A stretch of 64,000 bases of DNA from an uncultured candidate division Zixibacteria bacterium (GCA_963664195.1 OY760907.1:3456001-3520000); one strand, 5' to 3'; counted from the stretch's first letter, positions 10,154 through 25,013 are shown. Numbers and translations are program-made. The notes: generated by a model from the sequence alone, not told the origin.

Positions 10154-10882
10154 CTAAGCCCCCGCTCCCACGATGCACGATCGCGCGGAGTTGCTCGAAT
10201 GCGGGTGTTGATCGACAATCCTGAACTCAAAACCCAACAGAGATTGGTTCTTCAGGTCGCGGTCGCTCGACCAGCCGGTGGTCAGCCTCGCTTTGGATCC
10301 GTTGCTGACGTCCGGAAAAAGCTCCCCGATACTCGCGTCGGCGACTGCAATCTCTTCCGCGCAAACACTCGATTCGTTTGCTATTGAATAGTATATCTTG
10401 AGAAAGGGACGGCTGTCGGCATCTTCGCGACTGGAGAACTCAGCGCGACCGCCGTTCGCGTCCACCTGATCGAGCAACACGCCGAAGTTATCGACGGCAC
10501 CAGTCAGCCAGTCGTCTAACAACGTAGTGACCTCAACAGACATCCACCTGACGGTGTCCGCCACAAACGACTCAACCGACTCGCCGTCGTAGCCGTTGCC
10601 GAAGGTGTTCCAGGTTACTGACTCCTCAGACCAGGGCGCAGTGATGCGCCGGACGTGTATTGTCTGGTTGTTTGCGACCGTCACGTAGAGACACAGAAAC
10701 GCCGAATCAAGTGTCGCGCTGGCGGGTATGCTGACTGCCGACGGCTCGCCCTCGTACGGCTCGAACGACCACTCGCTGTCATGACGGATGACGTCTGATT
10801 CGCGACTGCACCCGGCACCAAGGAGTAGCGTCAGGACTGCAAAAGCACAGAGACAGGTAAAAACGAATAGAAAGTGTTTCAT
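10154..10882 (-). CDS. Lipoprotein with DNRLRE-like domain
   Basis: Likely start MKHFL at 10882; lipobox GAGC; WSEESVTWN and FSSRE..RPFL motifs. Confidence 0.65.
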   Translation of the reverse strand: MKHFLFVFTCLCAFAVLTLLLGAGCSRESDVIRHDSEWSFEPYEGEPSAVSIPASATLDSAFLCLYVTVANNQTIHVRRITAPWSEESVTWNTFGNGYDGESVESFVADTVRWMSVEVTTLLDDWLTGAVDNFGVLLDQVDANGGRAEFSSREDADSRPFLKIYYSIANESSVCAEEIAVADASIGELFPDVSNGSKARLTTGWSSDRDLKNQSLLGFEFRIVDQHPHSSNSARSCIVGAGA

Positions 10883-11204
10883 CCGGGACAAGCTAGGACA
10901 GCTTTGTGACATTTCGATGAAATTCGTGCAAGGCTTCTGCAAAACTACTCCCGACAGAAAAGAGTCACGTCGGATCGCGCCAACAGCTGCCAACAGGGTG
11001 AGCAGTGATGCAAGCCGCGTGCAATACAGCGAGAGTGCCCCCGAAATCCCCCCTTATTGATGGTTGGAGACCCGCTGGAGGCTATCGGCGCGGCGATATT
11101 GTCCAGGCACTGTCGAAGCCTCTTGCGCACAAGGAGCACGCAGTCACTAGAAGTATGTCCGAGGCGGACATATCATCTTGCCTCCAACATAACATTTCCG
11201 CCAA

Positions 11205-11240
11205 AAGAAAAACCCCCTCCACTTTCGTGAAGGGGGTTTC
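11205..11240 (-). terminator. rRNA operon terminator
   Basis: AAACCCCCT/AGGGGGTTT hairpin followed by a T-rich tail on the minus strand, just past 5S. Confidence 0.75.
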
Positions 11241-11248
11241 TATTTAAA

Positions 11249-11365
11249 CCCGGCGGCTTTCTACTCTCCCACACCTGCTAGGGTGCAGTACCATCGACGT
11301 TGACAGGCTTAACTACTGTGTTCGAAATGGGAACAGGTGTGACCCTGTCGCTATTGCCACCGAGA
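11249..11365 (-). rRNA. rrf: 5S rRNA
   Basis: Conserved CCCATTTCGAACAC and GGGAGAGTAG motifs; position after 23S. Confidence 0.95.
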
Positions 11366-11466
11366 ATTTCTTCTCATAGTATTTGATGACTTCGTTAACG
11401 TAACGTATCACCCAATAGGCTACACATTAGTGCAATGTTGCCCAATAATTAAATTTTTAATTTAAT

Positions 11467-14473
<3,007 letters not shown>

Positions 14474-14643
14474 AAAAATCTACTTGAAGAGCATCACTAC
14501 ACATAATTAATGCGCAGCCTATTGGAAGATACAATTTACGTATCATATAAATAATAAACGTAATCAATCAAATACTATGAAGTTGTCAAAGAGCGTCGTC
14601 ACCGAAGTGACTCTATGTCAAACCAAAATAGGTTTTCTCGTCT

Positions 14644-14719
14644 TGGTGGAGATGATCGGGATCGAACCGACGACCTGTGGCTTGCAAAGCCACCGCTCTC
14701 CCAACTGAGCTACATCCCC
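14644..14719 (-). tRNA. tRNA-Ala(TGC)
   Basis: GGGGATG...CATCTCCACCA, G3-U70 pair, anticodon TGC, CCA encoded. Confidence 0.97.
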
Positions 14720-14737
14720 AATCGGTCCCAGGCTACA

Positions 14738-15559
14738 TCAAGTCCCCTGGAACTCGAAGACTGCAAGCTGCCCCGAAGGACTCTGCTTGAAGATCTTCCG
14801 CATAACCGAGTCGAAGCCGTACATGATGCGGCCCCAAAGGCCACCGAATACCTGCCAGCGCGCCGGTAATGTCAACGCTTCCCAGCTGAGTATTCCTGCC
14901 CACCGAAGGATGCTGTTAGCAAAGCCTTCCGGCGGAAGCATCATAAAGAAGAGGGGGCGGACTTCGCGAAGTCTAAACCCCGCAGCCGAAAACACCTCTT
15001 TGTACATCTCCAGTGAACGCTTCCGAACGTGCTTCAGCGTTGACCGGGTCTTCGTACCAAAATCATCGGTTATGAAAACTTTTGTCCCCGGCCGGCTCAG
15101 TTTCGCAAGATTCTGCGCCGCCTGGGTAAATCTGCCATACTCCACCATGTGGAACATGACATCAAATATGCTTATATAGTCGTAAGTACCTTCAAGGTTC
15201 AACGCGGGATCAGTTAGATCCCCATGGTGGAAATCGGCTTCAGGATATTGGCTCTTCAAATTCTCGACGGAGACCTCGGTGATATCAACACCGGCCACCG
15301 GAGAGGCACCACGATTGGTCCAATGATCTATAAAGATACCGGTTCCGCAACCTACGTCGAGTGCGGAGCGGCCTTTGATCGGCCAATCGTTAGTTTTGAA
15401 GATACTATCCAACATCTCTATTCTTGCCTTGTAAACCCAGCTGTTATAGGTCGTGCTTCTACGCCTGAAACCAACACCGGCGAGATCAAACTGCTCACCT
15501 AATCTGTTTTTCCAATACGTACCAGCGTCGAACTTCTTAACGGCTTCTCCAGCATTCAC
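14738..15559 (-). CDS. Class I SAM-dependent methyltransferase inside the 16S-23S spacer
   Basis: 273-aa intact ORF with ALDVGCGTG, VAGVDIT, GDLT and FDVMFH motifs, between tRNA-Ile and tRNA-Ala. Confidence 0.85.
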   Translation of the reverse strand: MNAGEAVKKFDAGTYWKNRLGEQFDLAGVGFRRRSTTYNSWVYKARIEMLDSIFKTNDWPIKGRSALDVGCGTGIFIDHWTNRGASPVAGVDITEVSVENLKSQYPEADFHHGDLTDPALNLEGTYDYISIFDVMFHMVEYGRFTQAAQNLAKLSRPGTKVFITDDFGTKTRSTLKHVRKRSLEMYKEVFSAAGFRLREVRPLFFMMLPPEGFANSILRWAGILSWEALTLPARWQVFGGLWGRIMYGFDSVMRKIFKQSPSGQLAVFEFQGT

Positions 15560-15625
15560 CGGGTTAACGTTTTCCGAAGGCTAGCTTCGGCCTTTTCTTT
15601 TCCACCTTCCAGGCCACCGTTACAA

Positions 15626-15702
15626 TGGTGGGCCTGATTGGAGTTGAACCAATGACCTCGCGCTTATCAGGCGCGCGCTCTAACCAACTGAGCTACAGGC
15701 CC
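15626..15702 (-). tRNA. tRNA-Ile(GAT)
   Basis: GGGCCTG...CAGGCCCACCA, anticodon GAT. Confidence 0.97.
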
Positions 15703-15837
15703 ATTGGAGGGACTTACATCGCCCAAAGGCGATAAAATTTATATCTAAATAGCCAGCTAAAGATCAAAAACTTGGTCGGAGTAATAACATGTCGCGTCGA
15801 CCTAGGTAAGTGTCAATAAAGACACACCGTACTCCTT

Positions 15838-17392
<1,555 letters not shown>

Positions 17393-17549
17393 TATTACGA
17401 AAAATAAATATCCCATGACTTCACGTACGAACGTACGCGTTTTGTTCATGATTTACAAAAATGGTCTCGAATCTTAACAAAGCTAAGATTTCGAAGACCC
17501 GCGACATGAAAACAAGAAACAAATTCTTGTCTTCAGCGTGGCTATTTAG

Positions 17550-17660
17550 TTGTCAAAGAACTAAGTTCGTTCCGAAAAAAAACCGCCAGACGCTTTGTCT
17601 AGCAGGTGCCTAGGGTAAAGACAAAGCCGACATCTGTCAAGGGCAATTTTCAAAAAAATG
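17550..17660 (-). promoter_or_regulatory. rRNA promoter, UP-like element and boxA
   Basis: TTGACA(17640-35)-N17-TACCCT(17617-12) with an AT-rich upstream tract; boxA-like TCTTTGACAA near 17555, repeated near 14588. Confidence 0.75.
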
Positions 17661-17948
17661 CATCTTTTTTTAGGCGCCCCTAATCACCTGAGACACAACG
17701 ACTTTACTCACACCTTTCCCGCTAGTACACTATCGACAGCCAGTTTCCTTTCTTTAGCTTTCGTTCTAAAGTCCTCCAAGAGGCCTCAAACGTCCCGCCA
17801 AAACATCCCATCTGAACGCTCCCCCATCGCTGTTCTTGCGCTCATCATGATCTTGCCTACCCACTTCACGTTGACGACAATCGTGCAGACGGATACTCAG
17901 ACAAGAGATTCTACGCACCGACGGACTTCATAGTGGGAACATTCTGGC

Positions 17949-17976
17949 TGGACAGTCTGCCTATTTGCATTATAAT
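17949..17976 (+). promoter_or_regulatory. sigma70 promoter upstream of HesB-like gene 1
   Basis: TGGACA-N16-TATAAT. Confidence 0.6.
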
Positions 17977-18022
17977 GTAGAGGTCAGGATCACGCCACCG
18001 TTTTCAGGAGGTTTTCAGCGTT

Positions 18023-18364
18023 TTGCTCGTTGTCTCAGACTCCGCACGCATGGAATTGAGCCGTCTCCAGGCCGCTGACGAGGCTTGTGGCAAACGATTC
18101 GTCATCCAGTTTCGGGGGCACGGCTGAAGCGGCCCGTATTTACGCCTGGCCCTGGAAGAGTCAGTTCAAGACCTTGAGAAGCTCTCTCATAATAGCATTT
18201 CGGTGTACCTGGATCCTCGTCTGAAGGCATACATGAGAGACGTCGGCGGCATCTACATAGACTACGTGGACCGATGGCCCTCTGATAGTGGCATTCTTGT
18301 CAGATCAGGGCGCCAGGTTCACGGTTTCCCCTGCGGGAGTGAGTGCGACAAACCAGATTCCTGA
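18023..18364 (+). CDS. HesB/IscA-like selenoprotein 1 (113 aa, UGA at codon 35)
   Basis: AGGAGG RBS, TTG start; reads MLVVSDSARMEL..FRGHG-UGA-SGPYLRLALEES..CGSEC; collinear with gene 2; SECIS-like hairpin 18146-18164. Confidence 0.7.
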
Positions 18365-18488
18365 GTACTCTTTCATCCCGGCTGGAACAATCATTACTTT
18401 TCCAATGTTTTTCCTACTCAGATGAATCATTTTTGCTATATTCCGATCAAATGAGAAAATGAGAAACTTGAAAAGGATAGACAACACA

Positions 18489-18809
18489 ATGCTTGTAGTA
18501 TCAGACCTTGCAAAAGAGAACCTTCAGAAGGTCCTTGAGTCGGATCAAGCCAAGGGCAAGAACTTGATCATATTCTTCCAGGGTCACGGCTGAGGCGGGC
18601 CCACTTTGGGCATGGCTCTGGATGAGTCAACCGATGGTCTTGAGAATCTGGAAGCGAACGGTATCTCGGCGTATATCGATCCGAAACTTCACGTGGAATT
18701 GAAGAAAATCGGCGATATCAACATTGATTACGTCGTGCAGCCCGGCGGAGCCGGCTACACGATCCGCGCCGGAGAGCCGAGCGATTGCGGCGGCTGCACC
18801 AGCTGCTAG
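18489..18809 (+). CDS. HesB/IscA-like selenoprotein 2 (106 aa, UGA at codon 35)
   Basis: MLVVSDLAKENL..FQGHG-UGA-GGPTLGMALDES..CGGCTSC matches the HesB-like selenoprotein pattern; SECIS-like hairpin TGGCTC-TGGAT-GAGTCA. Confidence 0.85.
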
Positions 18810-18837
18810 CCGAGTCGAACGTACTCGATAGACATCG

Positions 18838-18868
18838 AAGGCCGACCTTTCACGGGGTCGGCCTTTTG
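18838..18868 (+). terminator. Intrinsic terminator after the HesB-like genes
   Basis: AAGGCCGACC/GGTCGGCCTT hairpin plus T-run. Confidence 0.75.
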
Positions 18869-19025
18869 CTATTAATCAAGTCATGCTGAGCCTGTCGAAG
18901 CGTGCACCTCATCCATGGACACAGAGCCGGTACGTAGTCTGGACCAACGACACCCCGACAGGGGCAACTTTGTCTGAGATAAGGTCTTGACTTGTAGCAA
19001 CAAATGTATAATATGGGAGGACTTT

Positions 19026-19099
19026 GCCGGGGTAGCTCAGTTGGTTAGAGCACCAGATTGTGGATCTGGGGGTCGAGCGTTCAAATCGCTCCCCCGGTA
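19026..19099 (+). tRNA. tRNA-His(GTG), atypical: no G-1, G1-U72, A73
   Basis: GCCGGGG...CCCCGGT-A; anticodon arm CCAGA-TT-GTG-GA-TCTGG; T arm GAGCG-TTCAAAT-CGCTC. Confidence 0.93.
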
Positions 19100-19218
19100 T
19101 AGATTTTTCCACGCAGTCCTCTCCCCCATATTTCAGCGAGAATCACACGAATCCAACATAGAAGCGGCCACCCCGTTACCAGAATGACCGCTGAGTGTTC
19201 GAATTATGCCGTTGTCGC

Positions 19219-19449
19219 TTACGGACACGGCGGAAGCGGCGTCAGGCTTATGAACAAGTGGTCAATGAGAATCGTGAGATCGCCCATGGTGACCAAGCCA
19301 TCCACGCTCAAATCAACGTTGCCCTCCTCCGGGCAATTGAGAGGATCAAGACTGATAAATAAGTGATCGATCAGAACCGTCAGATCGCCCATGGTGACCA
19401 GGTTGTCAGGACTGGCATCGACATTGCCCAGCGTGGGGCCGGTGCAGCA
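19219..19449 (-). repeat. Dockerin-like C-terminal module, copy 1 (231 bp)
   Basis: [27 protein letters not shown] duplicated, ends CP-stop. Confidence 0.9.
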
Positions 19450-21605
19450 GCAAACATTGCCTATACCATCGCGGTCGTTGTCCTCCTGCTCGGGATATCC
19501 TGGGTTGAATACTGAGGGACAGTTGTCGGGGTGATCCAGAACGAATTCCAACTGTTGATCACAGCCGACTATCGTACTGTCATCCGTGCCCCAGCCATCC
19601 CCGTCTTCATCGATATACCACACTGTCTCCGGATGTTGGCGGGGGTCAGTATCATCGCAGTCTCCCCCAGCGAGGACATAGCCAACCGGCTGCTCACACT
19701 GCATCAAACTCGAATCCGGGTTGCCAAACGTATCCAAATCAGCGTCGAGGAACCACTCCGTGGCGGGACCGATCTCGGCATTCGAGTCATCGCAATCGGT
19801 TCCGGGAACAATCGGTGGAGATACTTGATCGTCACCATAGTCATCTCCGTCGGCATCAGTCATGCAGGCTTCAGGATCATCTAGCGGTGCCGCACCCGGA
19901 TGAGTATTTGAATCACTATCATCGCAGTCATCGCCGCCGACAACCAACGGATCACCGTCCCAGCCACCGGCGTCGATTTCGCATTCTACGTAACCGTCAC
20001 CATCGTTGTCGATTTCCCCCTCAGGTATTCCATCCACACCATCGTTGTCGAGTCCATCGCATAACTCTGGAGCTCCCGGATACACGGTAGAGTCAGCGTA
20101 GCGAGAAGGCCGTCAGGATCACAAACTGCGCCGTAACCATCCTCATCAACATCGACTTGGTCAGTGTTTGCTGTCTCAGGACAATTGTCACAACCGTCGG
20201 GGACGGTGTCGCCATCAGAGTCAGCCAAATCATCGTAACCGGGACAAGCATCGCAACCGTCTGGAACACCGTCAGAGTCAGCATCATCGGCATCATCAAA
20301 CCCGGCACAGACATCACAAAAATCGCCGGCACCATCCCCGTCTACGTCAGTCTGCTCCGGATTGAAGATGTCCGGACAGTTGTCTTCGCTGTCGCAGATC
20401 CAATCGCCATCAACGTCGGCGCAATCCATCTTCCATTGAGCAATGTTGTTGACGGGGCTGCCTCCCGCCGTTGTGAACTCCCCACAGGCTATCAGAGCGC
20501 TGTCATAGACGACAAGCCCTCTCACAGGGCCATTCACGCCCGCCCCAAACGGCGCCCAAGTTTCGCCGGTCCACCAGGCAATCCTGTTGACCTCGACACC
20601 GTCGGCATGAGTGAAGTGCCCGGCTACCACCAATCTGCCATTGTACATCGTGAAAGCCCCTACTAAACCGTCCATACCGGACCCTCCAAACGATGACCAC
20701 TCTGAGCCGTTCCACGCCGCAATTCTGCTGGCGGGGACACCGCCCGCATACTCGAAACTGCCGCCTACGATCAACAAACTATCGTACTCTTGAAGAACCT
20801 GCACACAGCTGCCATTCGTGCCAGACCCTAGTGAGTCCCAAGATGCACCGTCCCAACTTGCGATGTGGTTGACAGTTGTCCCGCCAGCTCTCATGAATAC
20901 GCCGCCGGCATAGAGTTCTCCCTGGTACTCAGTCGCTGCCAGCGCGTATGCACCCCATTGCGGATCCCCATCTGGATCACTGAAGCCAGAACCAAGGGAA
21001 GCCCACGATGATCCACACCATTTCGCGATATAGTTGGCGGGAACTCCGCCGGCAGAAGTAAACATTCCTCCGGCGACCAGACAGTCGTCGTACACTGTCA
21101 TTCGAAGCACAAAGTCGTTGACCCCGCCAGAAACGTGGAACCACGTGTTTGAGTATCCATCCCATCCAGCAATTCCGTGTGTCATACTGTTGTCGTAGTG
21201 GAAATTGAAACCACCACCTACATACAATTGACCCTGGTACTCTTGTAGGGCAGATATGGTATAGGTGAAGTTGGCCGTTCCCATACGGGACCATGAAGTT
21301 CCGTCCCAAGCCGCAATACGGTTGACCTCAACACCATCCGCGTGGGTGAAGGTCCCACCGGCGATCAACTTCCCCTGATACACGGCCACCGCACAAACAA
21401 GTCCGTTCGTGCCACTCCCGACACTGGACCAAAAGGCGTCGTTCGATCGCCCGAAGGCAACATCCTGCACATCGGTCTGATTCGAACCTCCGTTCCGATC
21501 ATCATTTGCTCCATCGACAGTTCCTTGATCTGAAGCAGACGTCGCCACTGATAACAGCAAACACACTGCCATAATCGCTCCGACTAGCGTTACAACTTTC
21601 CTCAT
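19219..21605 (-). pseudogene. Secreted beta-propeller + TSP3/Ca-binding + MopE-like repeat protein with C-terminal dockerin-like module, split by a frameshift near 20100
   Basis: ATG 21605 with signal peptide; IAxWDGxSW repeats, DNCP and YPGAPELCD repeats. The two ORFs join in frame if 11 bp at 20100-20110 are removed. Confidence 0.8.
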
Positions 21606-21835
21606 AAGACCCTCTCCCGCATACGTGTAAACTGCCAGAGGCAGGTACGATTTGACAAGACCAACCAACGCAAGCGGCCGTCTCCGACGCACATCAGCGA
21701 CGTCGCAGCCTTGGCAGTGTTGTCCTTCGAATGTATTGGTGTACTCAATCCATAATAGCACACACGCAGAAAAGTGTCAACTCTATTATGGAGATATTAG
21801 TGATGTGATTGCAGACTGCAAACGGGGGTTAGCCC

Positions 21836-22726
21836 CTACCGGCAGCCGACACCACCGACCTGGATGTCCCCCGAAACAACCTGGACCGTCGACTCTTTCC
21901 CGCATCGCCAGCAGAATTCGTAGTTGAGTTGGAAACTGTAAGGGACGTTCTCACCGTCGACCTTCGGAGGGAAAAAGATGCTGTTCTGCAAAGCGCTCTT
22001 CAGCGACTGTGCGAATCCAAGCCCCGGCGGGTCCTCGACTATGACATCGAACTCCTTCAGCCGTCCGGACCGGTCCGCGCTCACGATCATCACCACCGTC
22101 CCCGGACTCTCGCCCGCCTCTCTCGGATAGATGACCTTCGCCATTTCCAGAATTGGCGACTGTGTGATCTTTCGAGTTTTCGGCATCCCCGGCAAATCCC
22201 ACTTTCGCTCGCTCGGAGTTGACGCTTCGATATCCATCAGACTCGGTGCTCCCGGGAGGCCGTCGCCCCAATCGTCGCCCGTGCCGTACATGCCCGGAGA
22301 GTCACCATAGGTGGGATACCCGGCAAACAACGACAAGTCAATATCCGGATCGAAAACGGAGACACTCTCACTCCCGACCGGGCCTGTCCATGAGACAACA
22401 TCCTGCTCCATGACTCTATACCCGTGAAACCCCGCAAACCCCTGGTGTTCGCGATATTCCTGAGGCCGCAAATCCGGAGGGTTCATCCCTCCCGCTTTTC
22501 TGGCGGTCGTCCCGGAGCCGTCTTCGCCCGGTACCACGGTCGGGCAGGCTTGCTCTTGCACAGACCTCGGACCAATACCCGGAACGAAACCCGCTATATA
22601 GACAGCGGCCGTAGCGGCGATAAACAGCGTCAACGAGATCGCCTTCAGCATGTTCGGTTGGTAGGCGCGTTTATGTTCGTGGAGCAGGCACAGACTGGTG
22701 CTGGGGGAGTATTTTTGTCCGGTCAT
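21836..22726 (-). CDS. TonB-like protein (N-terminal TM, C-terminal TonB_C domain)
   Basis: Single TM; YPREA..GTVVM..DRSG..FFPPKVDGENV; start uncertain. Confidence 0.65.
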   Translation of the reverse strand: MTGQKYSPSTSLCLLHEHKRAYQPNMLKAISLTLFIAATAAVYIAGFVPGIGPRSVQEQACPTVVPGEDGSGTTARKAGGMNPPDLRPQEYREHQGFAGFHGYRVMEQDVVSWTGPVGSESVSVFDPDIDLSLFAGYPTYGDSPGMYGTGDDWGDGLPGAPSLMDIEASTPSERKWDLPGMPKTRKITQSPILEMAKVIYPREAGESPGTVVMIVSADRSGRLKEFDVIVEDPPGLGFAQSLKSALQNSIFFPPKVDGENVPYSFQLNYEFCWRCGKESTVQVVSGDIQVGGVGCR

Positions 22727-23012
22727 CGCGGCAAAGTCCTATGAGAGAGAGAGTTCCGAGAGGGCACGTTCTGTCCCTTTCATATCGTCATTAGATTGAC
22801 GAGCGGCAGGGCTATCTGTTCATAAAATAGTCACTTGAATTGGCCCGGATCGTGTCCGTAAGATCGTGATAGATTCTGACACTTTGGGCGCTCAGGTACT
22901 TGCCTCGCCCGGAAGATTGTATTCCTTTGGGTCAAGACAAAGAGGACGCCGCTGGCAGGTTTGCACGACTTCTCGGTCCCACGCGGCTGGGTGTTAATTT
23001 AAGGGGGACGCC

Positions 23013-23576
23013 ATGACCATTACGAAAGACAAAAGCCCGGCATCGTACGAAGAACAGACAACGATAATTCGACCGCCGTTGCCCGGCGTCGAATCACCTA
23101 CTATTCCCGACGACGGAGAACTCACACGCAAGAGCATTCTGCCGAAACTTGATGCTCTTGCCGAAGAGGCTGGCTACTCGCCCGACGGTGACAGGGACCT
23201 AGCGATTCGTCGCATCCAAACGAATATAGAAACCACCGTTCTTCCCTTGCTCACTCGATTGGAAACCGAAAACAACGAACGTAAGCGCCAAATCATCTCT
23301 CTCATACGCCAGAACCTCACGGATATTATGTCTCCCTTCCTGCAGAACCTCAGATTGATCAGCATCCGCCTCACACCCCGCGAGACGCAGGTATGCTCGA
23401 TGGTCCGCCAGGGCTTGAGTTGCAAAGAGATAGCCGCCCTACTCCATGTCTCAGAGCAGACCGTGCTCAAGTTCCGCAAGAACATACGCAAGAAACTGGG
23501 CATCGCCGGAGAGAAGGTGAACCTGAGCAGCTACCTGTCAGAATTATCTCTCTACGAGTCTGTCAGCGGCCCGTGA
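23013..23576 (+). CDS. LuxR-family HTH regulator
   Basis: LTPRETQVCSMVRQGLSCKEIAALL..FRKNIRKKLG; GGGGG RBS. Confidence 0.85.
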   Translation: MTITKDKSPASYEEQTTIIRPPLPGVESPTIPDDGELTRKSILPKLDALAEEAGYSPDGDRDLAIRRIQTNIETTVLPLLTRLETENNERKRQIISLIRQNLTDIMSPFLQNLRLISIRLTPRETQVCSMVRQGLSCKEIAALLHVSEQTVLKFRKNIRKKLGIAGEKVNLSSYLSELSLYESVSGP

Positions 23577-23584
23577 GAGCACAC

Positions 23585-23620
23585 AAAAAACGAGGAACAG
23601 CCCGATGAGCTGTTCCTCGT
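23585..23620. terminator. Terminator between the convergent luxR-like and tldE genes
   Basis: ACGAGGAACAGC/GCTGTTCCTCGT hairpin with an A-run on one side. Confidence 0.7.
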
Positions 23621-23644
23621 ATGTCTCGCACACCAACGGCTAGA

Positions 23645-24973
23645 TCACACGCCGCTGAAGTGAATGTCCTTGAAAAAGAGCGTCGGGCGACGATTCGATG
23701 AATGCATATACGGATCGTTGCCAACCTCCGCCAGATGGTCCCAGAACTCGGTCTGGTTGGCGGAGATGTTCATTTCGTTAACCGGTTTGATGATCTTGCC
23801 GTCCTCGATGTACAGTCCGACAATACCGTAAGAGAAGTCACCGGTGGTGCCGTTGGAGTTGCCTCCGACGAAACTGGTAATCAAAATCCCTTTTGCGATA
23901 TCCCTAATCATCTCCTCCTGCGACCGGTCACCGTAGGCGTAGATCGTGTTGGTGCCGCCGCCTATGGTCGGTTCCATCTTCAGCTTGCGGCCGTAGTAGT
24001 TGCCGATGTAATACGATTTCAGCACGCCCTTGTCGATCATCACGCGCTTTTTGGTCGCCATGCAGTCGCCATCGTACAAAGCAGAGCCCAAGCCTCCGAC
24101 AATGAACGGATCGTCAATGATCGACAGCTTGTCCGAGACGATTTTCTCGCCGAGTTTGCCTTCGAGGAAAGTACTCTTCTGATACAACGAACTGCCGGAC
24201 ATACATCCGGTAAGAGCACCGATCAGGTTGGTGGAACAGCGGTTGTCGACCAGCATGTCGTACGTGCCGGTATCCATTTTCGACGCGCCGTACTTCTTTG
24301 CGGCCCGTTGAACGGCACCCCTTGCGAGCGCTTCCGCAGGCGGGAGGTCTTTGTGGAATCTGGCGGAATACCAGTCCCAATCCTGGAGACGGGAGTCACC
24401 TGTACCCTTCAGCGTAGCCTGTGCGCCTGCACCGAAGACGGTCGACTCTTGGTGGCCTTCGAAACCGTTGCTCTGCACGTCGACCGACTGCGAGAGCGTA
24501 TCGGAATACCATGCCGTGTAGCTCACCAGCCGATCCTTTCCCGCCTCGGCGGCACCAATCGCTTCGATCTCTTTGGCCAGGTTCACCCGCTGATCGGAGC
24601 TAACGCGCTCATAGGCAGCATCTCGGAGCCTGAGATCAACGCTCTTCTGCCCCTCGTAACGGGCCGGGTCCGGCAGCACACGGAATTTATCCTCGCCGAG
24701 GTACAGCGTCATTGCCACGGCTTCTTCGATAAACTTGCCGAGAGAACTCTTGCGCAAATCGCAAGTCGAATGCGTTGAGTAGCGCCCTTTTGCATATATC
24801 GACAGCCCCATCCCGTTCTCCGTCGCTTCCGTCAGCTTGTCTACTTTGCCGTCACGGAACTCAACGTCGACCGTTCGGGAGTTGCCGATACTGACGGAGG
24901 CATCATTGGCCCCGTATTTTCTTGCCTGTTCCACGATCCAGTGAGCCAGGTCCAGTTTTTCTCTTGTATTCAT
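23645..24973 (-). CDS. pmbA: TldE/PmbA family protein
   Basis: Start MNTREK at 24973; IIDDP..YDGD and GDFSYG motifs; no HExxxH; adjacent to tldD. Confidence 0.85.
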   Translation of the reverse strand: MNTREKLDLAHWIVEQARKYGANDASVSIGNSRTVDVEFRDGKVDKLTEATENGMGLSIYAKGRYSTHSTCDLRKSSLGKFIEEAVAMTLYLGEDKFRVLPDPARYEGQKSVDLRLRDAAYERVSSDQRVNLAKEIEAIGAAEAGKDRLVSYTAWYSDTLSQSVDVQSNGFEGHQESTVFGAGAQATLKGTGDSRLQDWDWYSARFHKDLPPAEALARGAVQRAAKKYGASKMDTGTYDMLVDNRCSTNLIGALTGCMSGSSLYQKSTFLEGKLGEKIVSDKLSIIDDPFIVGGLGSALYDGDCMATKKRVMIDKGVLKSYYIGNYYGRKLKMEPTIGGGTNTIYAYGDRSQEEMIRDIAKGILITSFVGGNSNGTTGDFSYGIVGLYIEDGKIIKPVNEMNISANQTEFWDHLAEVGNDPYMHSSNRRPTLFFKDIHFSGV

Positions 24974-25013
24974 AATTCCAATCCTGTTTCCGTTATCATG
25001 TTCACCGCACTCT

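Noticed and set aside
17658..17933. 91-aa ORF upstream of the rRNA promoter
   Set aside because: No RBS or recognisable motif.
18023..18809. Genome-wide UGA reassignment (code 4 or 25) as the explanation for the in-frame TGA
   Set aside because: Many genes here end at TGA at their expected C-termini (e.g. recN, and the dockerin module at 36819).
19026..22726. Integrated element at tRNA-His (or at tRNA-Thr)
   Set aside because: No integrase and no duplicated tRNA 3' end seen in the window.
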